From IMG/VR virus record IMGVR_UViG_3300035701_007101: 64,000 bases of DNA; one strand, given 5' to 3'. Shown here in pieces: positions 1-10,754 of the stretch. The position numbers and the translations under genes are program-made. Source of the DNA: a virus (lineage: Duplodnaviria; Heunggongvirae; Uroviricota; Caudoviricetes). The notes under the pieces were generated by a model. The model searched no databases and was not told the origin of the DNA. It saw only the letters and a program-made list of their open reading frames with translations. The first letter of the stretch is position 1, and each line of letters begins with the position of its first letter.

Positions 1-2160
1 TCTGGATCAATTACACCAGTTGAAAAAGAAAGAAAATTAAAACAAAATATTGAGTCTTTAAAGCAAAAGTTAAAAGAGCAGCAAAAAACATTAACAACAA
101 GCGAAAAAGTACATACTAAAGATGTCAGTCAATTAAGAAAAGAAATTGAAAAAATGAGGCAAAAAATGGAAAAGCCAACTGAAAAAGTTGTTGGTCATCC
201 ATTTACAAAAAAACCTGTTACTGATGAAATAAAAACTACAGAAAAAATAGATAAACCTGCTGCTGATGAAATTAAAGCTACGGAACAGCAGAAAGATGTT
301 CAAGAAAATCAAAATAAAAAACTACAACAAGTTGGCGATAAATCTAATGAACAATATCAAGAAACTTTAAAAACTGTTACGAAAAATGAGAAAAAACTTT
401 ATAGAGATGCTAGTTTTTTAAGTAATCCAGTGCCACCAGATCCTGAAAAAATTAAAACAATGCAGCTAGATCAAGCTAATTTAGAAAGAGCTGTAAAAGC
501 AATGGAGATTGGTGACGCAAAGATATCTGATGTAGTTAATAGTCCAAATGTTGTAACGTATAAAATAGATTTGTCAAATTTATCAGATATAGATAAAACA
601 AAGGCAATGAAAAAATTATTGTCATCAGATACAAAATCTATTTTTAGTCATTTTATTGGTAAAAAAGAAAATGTTATAATTGATGAAAATAGAGATACTG
701 ATACAATAGATGTTCATGTGCCAAAGGGTACTGAATTAAAGGATAGAGATCCTGTGTCGTTTAAGGAATTAGTGACAAATGACAAGTTTGTTAGTGCAGC
801 AAATGATGTAACAAAATTGCCAATTGCATTTGGTAAAAATGAAAATAATGAGACAATAATGTTTGATTTTAGCAAAACGCCGCATTTAATAGTTTCAGGA
901 GCTACTAAGTCTGGTAAGTCAGTATTCATTGAAAGTATTGCAAATTCAATTCAAATGGGCAAGTCTCCTGAAGATGTAAAAATGATATTAATTGATGTAG
1001 CTAAAAGAGGAACTGAGTTTGAACAGTTTAAAAATAGTGAATATTTAGATAGACCGATTGCAACTTCAGCTAAAGAAGCTGAAGAATCATTACAATCTTT
1101 GAATGATGAAGTAAATAGAAGAAATGATTTTTTAAAAAATGTTAGCGGCAAAACAGGAATGAGTTTTAGAAATATAGAAGATTGGAATTCATTTATTACA
1201 AAAAGTCCTGAGAAAATGAATGAAACTGAGAAAAAAGCATACGACACTATTCCTGAAGATCAAAGAAAAAAGATGCATAGAATTGTGACTATTGTTGATG
1301 AAGCTAAAGATTTATTTAATAAAGAAGTCAATCCAAATGCTGCTAAATTATTTGGTATGGTAGATCACATGTTAACTGTTGCAAGATCTGTCGGTGCTCA
1401 CATGGTTATTGCTTCTCAATCACCTGCAAAGCAAAATATACCAGGAAAAATACAGGCTAATATTGGTGCAAAAATGACTTTTAGATTACAAAATAAAAAT
1501 GATGCTGAAAATATTGGTGTGCCGGATGCAACTGATTTGTTAATGTATGGTGATGGTTATTTTGAAGATCCATTCTCTGGAGCAAAACCAACTAGATTGC
1601 AGACTGGTTTTATTGATAAAAGTGATGCTGCAAAAATAAATGAAAAGACGAAAGGTGATCAAAAATTTATTGAAAAAGCACCCAAAAAGGTTATGCCAAA
1701 ATATGAACCTACAACTGAGTCTACATCTGATTTCAAATTAAAAACTGAAGAAACTAGAAAACGTCTTGATGAGCAAAGGAAAAGAATTCAAGAAGATATT
1801 GCAAATTTAGAAAGAAAAAGAATTCAACAAGATCAAACTGAAAGTGAAAATAGACAAAAACGAGAAACTAGTGATCAAAAAAGACGCGAATTAGCACAGC
1901 AACAAGGTGATATTGAATCGAAAAAAGACTTAACGCCTGAAACAATTGAACCTTCAACTGAAACTACAACTGATGTTGCCGAACCTGAAACTGCAGATGA
2001 TGATTTGCAAAGGCAAATTGATGAATTAACTGTAGAAAAACCAGTTGATGAAGTTAAAAAACAAATGCAAAAACCAAAAGAAGAAAAACTTGAAGAAAAA
2101 CCGGTTCAAGAAAGAAAAAAAGGTCTTCTTGATAGAATTAAAAAATTTATAGGTAAATAA
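1..2160 (+). CDS. FtsK/SpoIIIE-family DNA translocase ATPase (5' partial; frame is open from nt 1 upstream of the first Met at 154)
   Basis: Walker A 'PHLIVSGATKSGKSVFIESIANS' followed by 'VKMILIDVAKRG' closely matches the FtsK motor core (PHLLIAGTTGSGKS...IMIDPK). Walker B 'IVTIVDEAKDLF'. Charged coiled-coil C-terminus. No stop between nt 1 and 154 in frame. Confidence 0.7.
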   Translation, partial: SGSITPVEKERKLKQNIESLKQKLKEQQKTLTTSEKVHTKDVSQLRKEIEKMRQKMEKPTEKVVGHPFTKKPVTDEIKTTEKIDKPAADEIKATEQQKDVQENQNKKLQQVGDKSNEQYQETLKTVTKNEKKLYRDASFLSNPVPPDPEKIKTMQLDQANLERAVKAMEIGDAKISDVVNSPNVVTYKIDLSNLSDIDKTKAMKKLLSSDTKSIFSHFIGKKENVIIDENRDTDTIDVHVPKGTELKDRDPVSFKELVTNDKFVSAANDVTKLPIAFGKNENNETIMFDFSKTPHLIVSGATKSGKSVFIESIANSIQMGKSPEDVKMILIDVAKRGTEFEQFKNSEYLDRPIATSAKEAEESLQSLNDEVNRRNDFLKNVSGKTGMSFRNIEDWNSFITKSPEKMNETEKKAYDTIPEDQRKKMHRIVTIVDEAKDLFNKEVNPNAAKLFGMVDHMLTVARSVGAHMVIASQSPAKQNIPGKIQANIGAKMTFRLQNKNDAENIGVPDATDLLMYGDGYFEDPFSGAKPTRLQTGFIDKSDAAKINEKTKGDQKFIEKAPKKVMPKYEPTTESTSDFKLKTEETRKRLDEQRKRIQEDIANLERKRIQQDQTESENRQKRETSDQKRRELAQQQGDIESKKDLTPETIEPSTETTTDVAEPETADDDLQRQIDELTVEKPVDEVKKQMQKPKEEKLEEKPVQERKKGLLDRIKKFIGK

Positions 2161-2601
2161 ATGGATCAAACAGCAATTATAAAACAATGTCCAAAAAAAG
2201 ATAAAGATTCAAGACCAAGTAATGAACAGAAGTTTTGTTTATATACTAGTGATGGTTCTAGATTGCTTGGTCGACATCCTTCAAAAGAAAAAGCTAGAAA
2301 TCAAGAAAAAGCAATTCAAAAACATAAACATGGCAAAATAATTAAACTTGAATTTTCTAAATTAGCTGTTGACTGGTGGAATGATTTGACCATTAAAGAG
2401 CAAAGAGAGTATTTAAGAAATCATCCAAAATCAATTTTAAGAGTAAGAAAAAGAGATGTTCCTGTTGGATCACTCCAATACTATAATGGTAGATATAGAC
2501 TATTGACGCATGATAGAGGTTGGATTTATTTTGATCCTGATGAAAAAGATGAATTAAAAGAAGAAAAAGCTAAAACTGACAAATTTTTAAATAGGGAGTA
2601 A
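2161..2601 (+). CDS. Small hypothetical protein, copy 1 of a paralogous 'WNDLxIxEQRxYLxxHPKS' family
   Basis: ORF start abuts the previous stop (TAAATG). Shares the motif 'WNDLTIKEQREYLRNHPKS' and 'GRHPS' with ORF 12288..12494. Confidence 0.45.
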   Translation: MDQTAIIKQCPKKDKDSRPSNEQKFCLYTSDGSRLLGRHPSKEKARNQEKAIQKHKHGKIIKLEFSKLAVDWWNDLTIKEQREYLRNHPKSILRVRKRDVPVGSLQYYNGRYRLLTHDRGWIYFDPDEKDELKEEKAKTDKFLNRE

Positions 2602-2605
2602 CTAA

Positions 2606-5500
2606 ATGTCAACAAATGATTATGGAACAACTGTTTCAAGAACATTACAGGCAGAATTCAGAGCGTTTGATACACTAGTCTTTAATGCTGGAAAGCCTGC
2701 GCTTGATTCAGAAATTAATTTGCTTTATGACATTGCTGCTGACAAACTTCAAAAATATATTCAATCTCAAATTCAATCTGGATTTTATAACAATGAGTTA
2801 TTTGCATTTGATGCTTCATGGTCTAATAAATTTCAATTACCAATTAGTACAGCTTTTGTTAATGGATTAAAAATTAACGTCAATGCTTATGGTGATCAAT
2901 TTATTTATTTGAATCCTGCGTCATTAGGCAATGGAAATCATAGATATGATTTTGTGTTTCTTGAAGTTTGGAAAACAATAATATCAGGTGAAACCACTGA
3001 ACATAAGCCGTCTTCAACAACTATTTATAAAGAAGGTAATGTACAAAATACGATTGAAACTTTGCCTGATGACATATATGATCCTGTTTTATTAACGATA
3101 GATCTTGAAACATCTAAACGTGTTCAAGTTCAATATAGGATTAGAATTCAAGAAGATACAACAACTCCAAATCAACAAAATTCTTCAATTTTTGATGGTA
3201 TAACTTTTGCACAGGGCGGTGCGTTAATACCTATTGATTCATTTACATTTATAAATTTAGGCGCATCAATTGGTGATTATGGTTTGTGGAGAGCAGGAAA
3301 TGGAGATAATGCTTCCAGATCACAGTTGCAAACTGTTGATGGATATGTGTATGCTATACCAATAGCATTAGTATTTAGAAGATCAATTGCTCCATATATT
3401 GATGAAGATCTTGGAGGACAATTTGCGTCTGACTTTGATATTGCTAGTGCATCATCAGATAGACCAGATGGATTATTTTATGATTCAGTTTGTGAAGATG
3501 ATGTAATTGATGTAAGACATAAAATAGCCATACAGCAATCTTATGATGATATATTAAGACTTACAGTACAAGATTTATTGACAGGACAAAATAAGACAAA
3601 AAGACCAATATCACTAAGATATGATGCACTAAGTGATGTTGCTATTACAGGGTATTCAATTCTCGGAAATGCAGACAAAACAAAGACGACAATAAGTGAT
3701 GTTCAAACTACTGTAGTTTCAAATGTAGTTAGAATAAATGTCGGTGACACAGATACATCTCAAGACTTTTATACAAGTAGAGCTTCTGGATCTTGGCAAA
3801 TTGGTGATACTATTACTATTAAAGTGCCTAATGGATCACCGTTAGGAACTTTAATTTTAGGAACTAATGATGCAAATGTAGCAACAAAGCCATTTGTATA
3901 TAAAAATGCAGTAGGTTTGACAAATGTGCTTGGTTCTTGGACTGGTACAGGAACTCCAATAGCATCATTTGCGATTAATGAAAATTTAGCAGGTCAAGAA
4001 TTATGGATTGTATATGATATTCAATATCCTGTAAATCAAGGATTATCATTTATTGCTGATGATATATTGAAAGTAAATTATGTAAATGCTGCATCATTTC
4101 CAATATCTCAAACAGCTTATGTGCCTCATAGCGGTATTGTTAGAGCTAGTTCAGATTTGTCAAATACATCTTTATATGTTTCAAGACATTCAAAACAGTT
4201 AAATTATACTCATACTGGCGCTGTAAATAGTTTTGCTTCAAATTATCAAATAAATAAACATAATAAAGAAATAAAAATTACGCCAATTGTTTCATCAACT
4301 ACAGTTGTTAGTGGTATTACAAGAACATTATATACTACAAATACTAATGCTACAACCAGAAAATTGTATTTGCCGTTTGCTACAAATAAAGTTTGGATGA
4401 TTAAAGGCGTTTATACTTCACAGTCTGGAATATCTCCGACAGATGATGTTGTTACAATTTCATTTTATGATCAACAGCCGTCAATAATTTCTGGTCAAGT
4501 ATTTAGACATCCAACGTCAGTAACTCAATATTCATTTGCAAAAATAACAGCTGTAGTTTTTGTGCCTACAAGTACTGATTTAATTGCTGCTGGTTATTCT
4601 CCTGTTTATAGACAAAGTTCAAATGGAAATATTGATCAGTTTGTTTTAGTTAATAGTAGTGGTGTTATTTATAATCCACCGTCTTCAAATCCAGTGGATT
4701 ATAAGTTAACGTATAAGAGTATACCAACTGTAAATGTAGCAGCATATACGACTAGTAGTAGTAGTCCAGTTGATAATTGGATTCAAGTTAGAGATGATGC
4801 TATTATTATTGATGGTCAGCAATTATGGATTGATATGGATTATATTGCAGAGCTTCATGATGGTGCTCAAACAAAAATAATATATAAGTATTTGCCATAT
4901 CAAGGTGTAGTTGATAGTACAGGTTTACAATTAAGTGCAGTGTTAAAGTCAATAACTGGACTAGTTCATACTGATGGGACAGGAAATGTTGGTATAAATA
5001 TTGATGTTAAGAAATATCCGAGAACATTAATTTCATATTTGCCGACTCAGAAGGATATTGAGTATTTATTGAAAGGAGACGCGATAAATGGAGTGGGCAA
5101 TATAGGAAAATTTAGTAGTACAGATTTATGTTATGCACTTACAAATTTATTAGATTATTCAGATTTACAACAAACAGCGATTAAGTTAAGTGACATTGTC
5201 ACTGCTCGTTATAATGATATGTTGAGTCAAATAGAACGCGGCGGAAATGAAGCAACTGCATTAAAGTCAGTAATGATTTTGCCATTGAATATAGCTAATT
5301 ATAAACAAGCAGTGGTTTTTGCATTAGGTGTTACAGCTGATGGATTTGCATTAAAGAATGAATTAGTATTATATGTATGGACATATACTAACAATGATGC
5401 TAGTAATATATTGACGTCAGCAGATGCAGATCATATTGGAGTAGATTTTTTCTTTATTAATCAAAGATTATTAACAAAAAAAGAGGGAAATTATGCTTAA
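2606..5500 (+). CDS. Large hypothetical protein (964 aa), possibly virion-structural; function unknown
   Basis: Long uninterrupted ORF, RBS GGGAG upstream, Ser/Thr/Asn-rich beta-type composition, no catalytic motifs recognised. Confidence 0.5.
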   Translation: MSTNDYGTTVSRTLQAEFRAFDTLVFNAGKPALDSEINLLYDIAADKLQKYIQSQIQSGFYNNELFAFDASWSNKFQLPISTAFVNGLKINVNAYGDQFIYLNPASLGNGNHRYDFVFLEVWKTIISGETTEHKPSSTTIYKEGNVQNTIETLPDDIYDPVLLTIDLETSKRVQVQYRIRIQEDTTTPNQQNSSIFDGITFAQGGALIPIDSFTFINLGASIGDYGLWRAGNGDNASRSQLQTVDGYVYAIPIALVFRRSIAPYIDEDLGGQFASDFDIASASSDRPDGLFYDSVCEDDVIDVRHKIAIQQSYDDILRLTVQDLLTGQNKTKRPISLRYDALSDVAITGYSILGNADKTKTTISDVQTTVVSNVVRINVGDTDTSQDFYTSRASGSWQIGDTITIKVPNGSPLGTLILGTNDANVATKPFVYKNAVGLTNVLGSWTGTGTPIASFAINENLAGQELWIVYDIQYPVNQGLSFIADDILKVNYVNAASFPISQTAYVPHSGIVRASSDLSNTSLYVSRHSKQLNYTHTGAVNSFASNYQINKHNKEIKITPIVSSTTVVSGITRTLYTTNTNATTRKLYLPFATNKVWMIKGVYTSQSGISPTDDVVTISFYDQQPSIISGQVFRHPTSVTQYSFAKITAVVFVPTSTDLIAAGYSPVYRQSSNGNIDQFVLVNSSGVIYNPPSSNPVDYKLTYKSIPTVNVAAYTTSSSSPVDNWIQVRDDAIIIDGQQLWIDMDYIAELHDGAQTKIIYKYLPYQGVVDSTGLQLSAVLKSITGLVHTDGTGNVGINIDVKKYPRTLISYLPTQKDIEYLLKGDAINGVGNIGKFSSTDLCYALTNLLDYSDLQQTAIKLSDIVTARYNDMLSQIERGGNEATALKSVMILPLNIANYKQAVVFALGVTADGFALKNELVLYVWTYTNNDASNILTSADADHIGVDFFFINQRLLTKKEGNYA

Positions 5501-6401
5501 ACTTTTAATTTATTATGGATGGTTAAGCGCGTTTAATTCTGGAGTTAATCAATGGAACAATGATTCAGTTGCTCATGATTTTGCAAAATATCAAATAATT
5601 GTTTTTGGTGATGGTATTGCAGATCCAAATCACAGTGATTATACTAATACAGTGTATGTAACTGCTAAAATTAAGCAATATAATCCAGAAACAAAAATAT
5701 TTGGATATGTTTCATCAAATCAAAATTATAGTTCATTTTGTGCAAAAGTAGATTTATTAGCTAATATATGTGTTGATGGTGTGTTCATGGATGAGTCTGG
5801 TTATGATTTTGGTGTCACAAGAGCTAACTTTAATCAAAAAGTCACATATATTAAGACAAAATTATATAGAGCATGTTTTGTAAATGCTTGGAATATTGAT
5901 CATGTGTTAGGTACCACTAATGATCCATCTTATCCAAATAGTGTTTATAATCCTGGATTAGCTGTTTCTAATTTAGAAATTGGTGATTGGTACACAGCTG
6001 AGTCATTTGTAGTAAATCCATCTTATCCAGGTGGATTTGCAACTGCTAGTGATTGGAAAACTAGAGGAGATAAAATAAAAAATTCTAGAAATACATATAG
6101 AATAAATGTTGCTGCTTCAGGTGTTATTGATAATAATGATATTAATGGTCAAAGTAAATCAGATTTTTCTTATCATGCAGCTTTAGGATATGAGTTTCAA
6201 GCACATGGAACTTCAGACATTAATTATGCAGCTAGTTCAGCTGCTGTGAAGATGTTTAATGATGCAATTAATGTTTATTGGAGAACAGGAACATCAATTG
6301 CTTGGACTAAATCAGGAAATATATATTATCGCAATGGGCAAAATCAGCAGCGCTTAAATTTAAATTTTAATACACAACAAAGTTATTTAACTACATATTA
6401 A
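5493..6401 (+). CDS. Hypothetical protein (possibly glycoside-hydrolase-like TIM-barrel; weak)
   Basis: ORF overlaps upstream gene by 8 nt (coupled). Asp/Glu-containing segments 'DGVFMDESGYDFG' reminiscent of GH-like families, not diagnostic. Confidence 0.4.
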   Translation: MLKLLIYYGWLSAFNSGVNQWNNDSVAHDFAKYQIIVFGDGIADPNHSDYTNTVYVTAKIKQYNPETKIFGYVSSNQNYSSFCAKVDLLANICVDGVFMDESGYDFGVTRANFNQKVTYIKTKLYRACFVNAWNIDHVLGTTNDPSYPNSVYNPGLAVSNLEIGDWYTAESFVVNPSYPGGFATASDWKTRGDKIKNSRNTYRINVAASGVIDNNDINGQSKSDFSYHAALGYEFQAHGTSDINYAASSAAVKMFNDAINVYWRTGTSIAWTKSGNIYYRNGQNQQRLNLNFNTQQSYLTTY

Positions 6402-6472
6402 AGTATATTTTTTCTTTATTAATCACAGATATAATAATATTAAAAAGAAAAACATTAAAACAAGGAGAATAT

Positions 6473-9400
6473 ATGTCAATTGATTTATCAGATCTGTTAG
6501 CAAAATTCTTACATGAACCTATTATAGTTACATCTACTAGAAGTCAACATGTAGATTTAGGAAAAACAGTTGCTTTAATTGTTGCAGCCATAGGTTGGCC
6601 ACAAATGACGTATCAATGGAAGAAAAATGGTGTTGTTATTACTGGCATTGATCATTGTGCATTATTACTTCTTAGGAAAGTATCTGTCATTGATGCTGGT
6701 GATTACACATGTACAGTGACAAACAAATATGGAAGTACTGTATCTCCTGTTTGTAGACTTGATGTTCATGCAATGCCGTTCGTACTTGTGCAGCCTGTTG
6801 CTGTTACTATCGATGAAGCAACTGCATTAACATTATCAGTTGTTGTAGCAGGATCATTACCAATATCATATCAATGGCAAAAGAATGGAATTGATATAAT
6901 TGGTGCAATATCTTCTACATATACAAAAGCTTCTTCAGAAGTTCAAGATACAGGCTTTTATTCATGTAAAGCTGTTAATCAATATGGACTTGTTACTAGC
7001 AAATCAGTTGCTGTTATAGTCAATCAAGTAGGTTTTGCTCCAAAAATTGATGTTCAACCTATAGGATCAAGCATTTTTGACGGTGGTAGTTTTTATTTAT
7101 CAGTTGTTGCATCTGGAACAATTCCGCTGTCATATCAATGGAAAAAGAATGGATCAATTATTACAGGAGCAATTGAAAATTTTTATGCTAAGAATGGTGC
7201 TGTAATGTCTGATTCTGGATCTTATACTTGTGTTGTTACTAATAACAATGGATCAGTTGAAAGCGTTGCTGCTGTTATATCAGTTGTAGGTGTTGCTCCA
7301 ATAATTGATGAACAACCTCAAGATGTTACTATTTATGACGGTGGAGACTTTTCTTTATCAGTCACAGTTCATGGAACAATTCCACTATCATATCAATGGA
7401 AGAAAAATGGTTCAATCATTGGTGGTGCAACAAGTGCAACATATATTAAAACTAATGCTGTAATGTCAGATTCTGGTTCTTATACTTGTGTTGTTACAAA
7501 TGTTATCGCATCTACTGAAACAATAGCTGTTGCTGTTGTAGTTCAAGGCGTAATTCCTGTAATTGACACTCAACCTCAGGATGTTACTATTTATGATGGT
7601 GGAGACTTTTCTTTATCAGTTACAGCTCATGGAACTTCTCCATTGTCATATCAATGGACAAAGAATAATGTTGATATTGGCGGTGCAACTAGTTCAACGT
7701 TTACTAAATCTCCGGCTGGAATGACTGACACTGCATCTTATGCTTGTATTGTGTCAAATATAGCTGGATCGACTTCAACTGATGAAGTTATTGTAACAGT
7801 TCAGGGCGTTGTTCCAATAATTGATGAACAACCACAGAATGTTACTATTTATGATGGTGGAAATTTTTCTTTATCAGTTACAGCTCATGGAACTTCTCCA
7901 TTGTCATATCAATGGAAAAAGAATAATATTGATATTGGTGGTGCAACTAATTCAACTTATTCTAAAGTTGGAGCGCTAATTAGTGATTCTGCACATTATG
8001 TTTGCGAAGTTTCAAATATTATTGGAACTACTAGAACTAATATTGCTGTTGTTACAGTTCAAGCTATTGTTCCGACGATTCAAGTACAGCCTAAAGATGT
8101 AACAATTGATGATAATGAAATTTTTACATTGACTATTGCTGCTACTGGAACGTTACCTTTATTGTATCAATGGAAGAAAAATGATATTGATATTCTGGGT
8201 GCAAATAGTGCGATATATTCTAAAGTTAGTGTCATGAGTGATTTAGGATCTTACACTTGTGTTGTTACAAATGCAGGAGGGTCTATAACTAGTGATGCCG
8301 CTGCAGTAGTAGTAGTAGGAGTTGCGGCTGAAGTTGTTAGCATTGAACCAGACAGTGTAGCAATTGTTGACGGTGAAAATTTTACTTTGACTGTTGCTGC
8401 TATAGGAACTCCTGTATTAACATATCAATGGAAGAAAGGTTTGTCAAATATTCCAGGTGCAACATTATCAGTCTATAATAAAGTTGGCGCTTTAATGACA
8501 GATTCAGGATCTTATACTTGTGTTGTTACAAATGATTATGGCACAGACACTAGTGCAGCTGTCATTGTGGCAGTAGCAGGTATTGCGCCAGTAATTGATG
8601 ATCAACCTCAGGGTGTTTCAATTGTTGACGGTGAAGATTTTACTTTATCAATTACAGCTCATGGAACAATTCCATTAGCATATCAATGGAAAAAAGGTGG
8701 TGTTGTTATTGAAGGAGCAACTAATTCAACTTATTCTAAAGTCTGCGCTTTAATAACAGATTCAGGATCTTATACTTGTGTTGTTACAAATGTAGTTGAT
8801 TCTATTACAAGCAGCGCAGCTATAGTGACTGTTGCAGGAATTGCTCCAGTAATTATGTCAATGACAGGTCCTCAAGGTAATGAAGTGTGGCAAGATATTG
8901 GAACAGCTTTTACGATAATTTTAGTTGCTGCAGGAACTGAACCGCTGTCTTATCAATGGAGAGTTGATTTTACAGGAACTGAAAATGATGATGGTTTAGG
9001 AATTAGAGATATTGTTGGAGCAATTGATACAGTTTATTCAGTAACTAATGCACAAAAAACTGTTTCAGGATTTTATTCTTGTAAAGTGACAAATGTATTT
9101 GGTGTGGCAACGAGTTATTCAATGCTAGTCAATATTGGTCAAGTACCAATGGTAATTAGCAATCCTGAAAATGTTACAGTTGATGAAAGACAATCTTTTC
9201 AGTTAGTAAGTCAAGCAAGAGGAGCATTTTTAAAGTTTCAATGGACAATAAATAGTTTACCAGTAGGCTCATTTGAATCAGTTACGCTTGATGGTCATGC
9301 GATTTTTACAAAACAAGCAGAAGTTTCAGATTTTGGTGTTTACAGTTGCAGATTCGTTAGTTGTTTAGAAAATGGCGATATTCCTGTAGATGCAAAATAT

Positions 9401-10624
9401 GCTTATAGTAAAGCTGTAATTGTATTAGTAACTGAAATTGGATTTGCTCCTGAAATTACTATTCAACCAGTCGGTGTTCAAATTCCTAAACCTGGTGTTG
9501 TAATTACTGGTGGTCAAACAGGCATTGCTGAAGTCGGTACTGTTCAACAAACAATAGCTATGTCTTCACTTGGTGATTATCAAACAATTTTTTCTAATAG
9601 TAACTATGCTCAGTTTTCATCAAATTTTGGAGCTACATGGGTAGCAAGACGTATTGGTCCATATTGGAATCAGTCTGTTAGTGTGTCTGGCAGTGGACAA
9701 TATCAGACGTCTTTTGCTACTGAAGGACGAGGACTGTATGTTTCAGCTAATTATGGTGTAAGTTGGGCGCTGAAAACAACAACTGAAGTAACGAATCCAT
9801 ATATTAGATCTAGTTCAATGGACAATTCTGGACAATATCAATTGGTATTGAATGAAATTTATGGTACTGCAGGAGCTTGGTTATCCAGAGATTATGGAAA
9901 TACTTGGACTAAAGTTGTAGCTCAAGGTGGGTGGGGTGCAACTGCTATATCTGCTAATGGTCAATATATGGCTGTAGCTTTAGCTGCTGTTGGATTTTGG
10001 AGGTCTACTGATTATGGCATAACTTGGACAAAACTTGTCAATTCTCCCTCATATAATGCGTACCAATTTAGAAGTCTTGCATTATCTTATGATGGAAGGA
10101 TTTGGTATTGGGTGGGTCAAAACAGTAATGTATTTGCATCTTCTGATTACGGTGCATCTTTTTATGTTCATTCAGCTTCACCGGCTGGTATAACGTGGTT
10201 ACGTCTTAGATGTTCTATTGATGGTAAAGTCATAGTTGGTGCTGCTGCAGGTCGTCCAATTTATTTTTCAAGAGATTATGGTGCAACATACAATATATTG
10301 CCAGGTTCTGAAGGTAAAGAATGGTCTGATATTGCAATATCAGCTGATGGTTCGAGAATAACTGGTGTAATGACAAATGCTAACATATATGTGTTTACTA
10401 TTTATGAAAGCCCGATTTCATTTACAGTCAGCTTAACTGTTATTGGAACTCCTCCATTATCATATCAATGGGAAAAAGAAGGAATAATTGTTCCTGATGC
10501 AACACAATATTTTTATTACAAGAATTCAGCTCAACCTTCTGATCTTGGTAATTACACTTGTGTTGTAACAAATAATTATGGTGAAATTGAAAGTGATATT
10601 GCAAGAGTTGAAATGGTTCCATAG
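6473..10624 (+). CDS. Giant surface/adhesin-like protein: about 13 tandem Ig-like (I-set-type) domains + BNR/Asp-box beta-propeller + terminal Ig domain
   Basis: 'SYQWKKNG...' followed by 'YTCVVTN..GS' recurs about every 90 aa, 13-14 times (I-set Ig signature). C-terminal region carries repeated Asp-box motifs S-x-D-x-G-x-T-W ('SRDYGNTWTKV','STDYGITWTKL','SANYGVSWAL','SSDYGASF','SRDYGATYN'). Strong RBS AAGGAGAATATATG. Ends with TAG followed by a terminator hairpin. Confidence 0.8.
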   Translation: MSIDLSDLLAKFLHEPIIVTSTRSQHVDLGKTVALIVAAIGWPQMTYQWKKNGVVITGIDHCALLLLRKVSVIDAGDYTCTVTNKYGSTVSPVCRLDVHAMPFVLVQPVAVTIDEATALTLSVVVAGSLPISYQWQKNGIDIIGAISSTYTKASSEVQDTGFYSCKAVNQYGLVTSKSVAVIVNQVGFAPKIDVQPIGSSIFDGGSFYLSVVASGTIPLSYQWKKNGSIITGAIENFYAKNGAVMSDSGSYTCVVTNNNGSVESVAAVISVVGVAPIIDEQPQDVTIYDGGDFSLSVTVHGTIPLSYQWKKNGSIIGGATSATYIKTNAVMSDSGSYTCVVTNVIASTETIAVAVVVQGVIPVIDTQPQDVTIYDGGDFSLSVTAHGTSPLSYQWTKNNVDIGGATSSTFTKSPAGMTDTASYACIVSNIAGSTSTDEVIVTVQGVVPIIDEQPQNVTIYDGGNFSLSVTAHGTSPLSYQWKKNNIDIGGATNSTYSKVGALISDSAHYVCEVSNIIGTTRTNIAVVTVQAIVPTIQVQPKDVTIDDNEIFTLTIAATGTLPLLYQWKKNDIDILGANSAIYSKVSVMSDLGSYTCVVTNAGGSITSDAAAVVVVGVAAEVVSIEPDSVAIVDGENFTLTVAAIGTPVLTYQWKKGLSNIPGATLSVYNKVGALMTDSGSYTCVVTNDYGTDTSAAVIVAVAGIAPVIDDQPQGVSIVDGEDFTLSITAHGTIPLAYQWKKGGVVIEGATNSTYSKVCALITDSGSYTCVVTNVVDSITSSAAIVTVAGIAPVIMSMTGPQGNEVWQDIGTAFTIILVAAGTEPLSYQWRVDFTGTENDDGLGIRDIVGAIDTVYSVTNAQKTVSGFYSCKVTNVFGVATSYSMLVNIGQVPMVISNPENVTVDERQSFQLVSQARGAFLKFQWTINSLPVGSFESVTLDGHAIFTKQAEVSDFGVYSCRFVSCLENGDIPVDAKYAYSKAVIVLVTEIGFAPEITIQPVGVQIPKPGVVITGGQTGIAEVGTVQQTIAMSSLGDYQTIFSNSNYAQFSSNFGATWVARRIGPYWNQSVSVSGSGQYQTSFATEGRGLYVSANYGVSWALKTTTEVTNPYIRSSSMDNSGQYQLVLNEIYGTAGAWLSRDYGNTWTKVVAQGGWGATAISANGQYMAVALAAVGFWRSTDYGITWTKLVNSPSYNAYQFRSLALSYDGRIWYWVGQNSNVFASSDYGASFYVHSASPAGITWLRLRCSIDGKVIVGAAAGRPIYFSRDYGATYNILPGSEGKEWSDIAISADGSRITGVMTNANIYVFTIYESPISFTVSLTVIGTPPLSYQWEKEGIIVPDATQYFYYKNSAQPSDLGNYTCVVTNNYGEIESDIARVEMVP

Positions 10625-10650
10625 TTATTTGAAGATTTGTAGAAATAATA

Positions 10651-10680
10651 AAAGTCAGTAAGAAATTACTGACTTTTTTA
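10651..10680 (+). terminator. Rho-independent terminator downstream of the Ig-like protein gene
   Basis: AGTCAGTAA-gaaa-TTACTGACT perfect 9-bp stem followed by a T5 run. Confidence 0.6.
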
Positions 10681-10754
10681 TTGTAAAATAACTATTATAC
10701 AAGACATAGAATAGCATTAAACAAAACAATGGTTTTAAAAATGACTATTATCTT

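Noticed and set aside
714-1247. Minus-strand ORFs 714..929 and 951..1247
   Set aside because: They lie entirely inside the well-supported FtsK-like gene on the opposite strand. Their composition is typical of antisense shadow ORFs in AT-rich DNA.
6473-9500. CRISPR-like or satellite repeat array (regularly spaced about 270-bp repeats)
   Set aside because: The periodicity is protein-coding (Ig-domain repeats) within one continuous ORF. There are no short direct repeats with unique spacers anywhere in the window.
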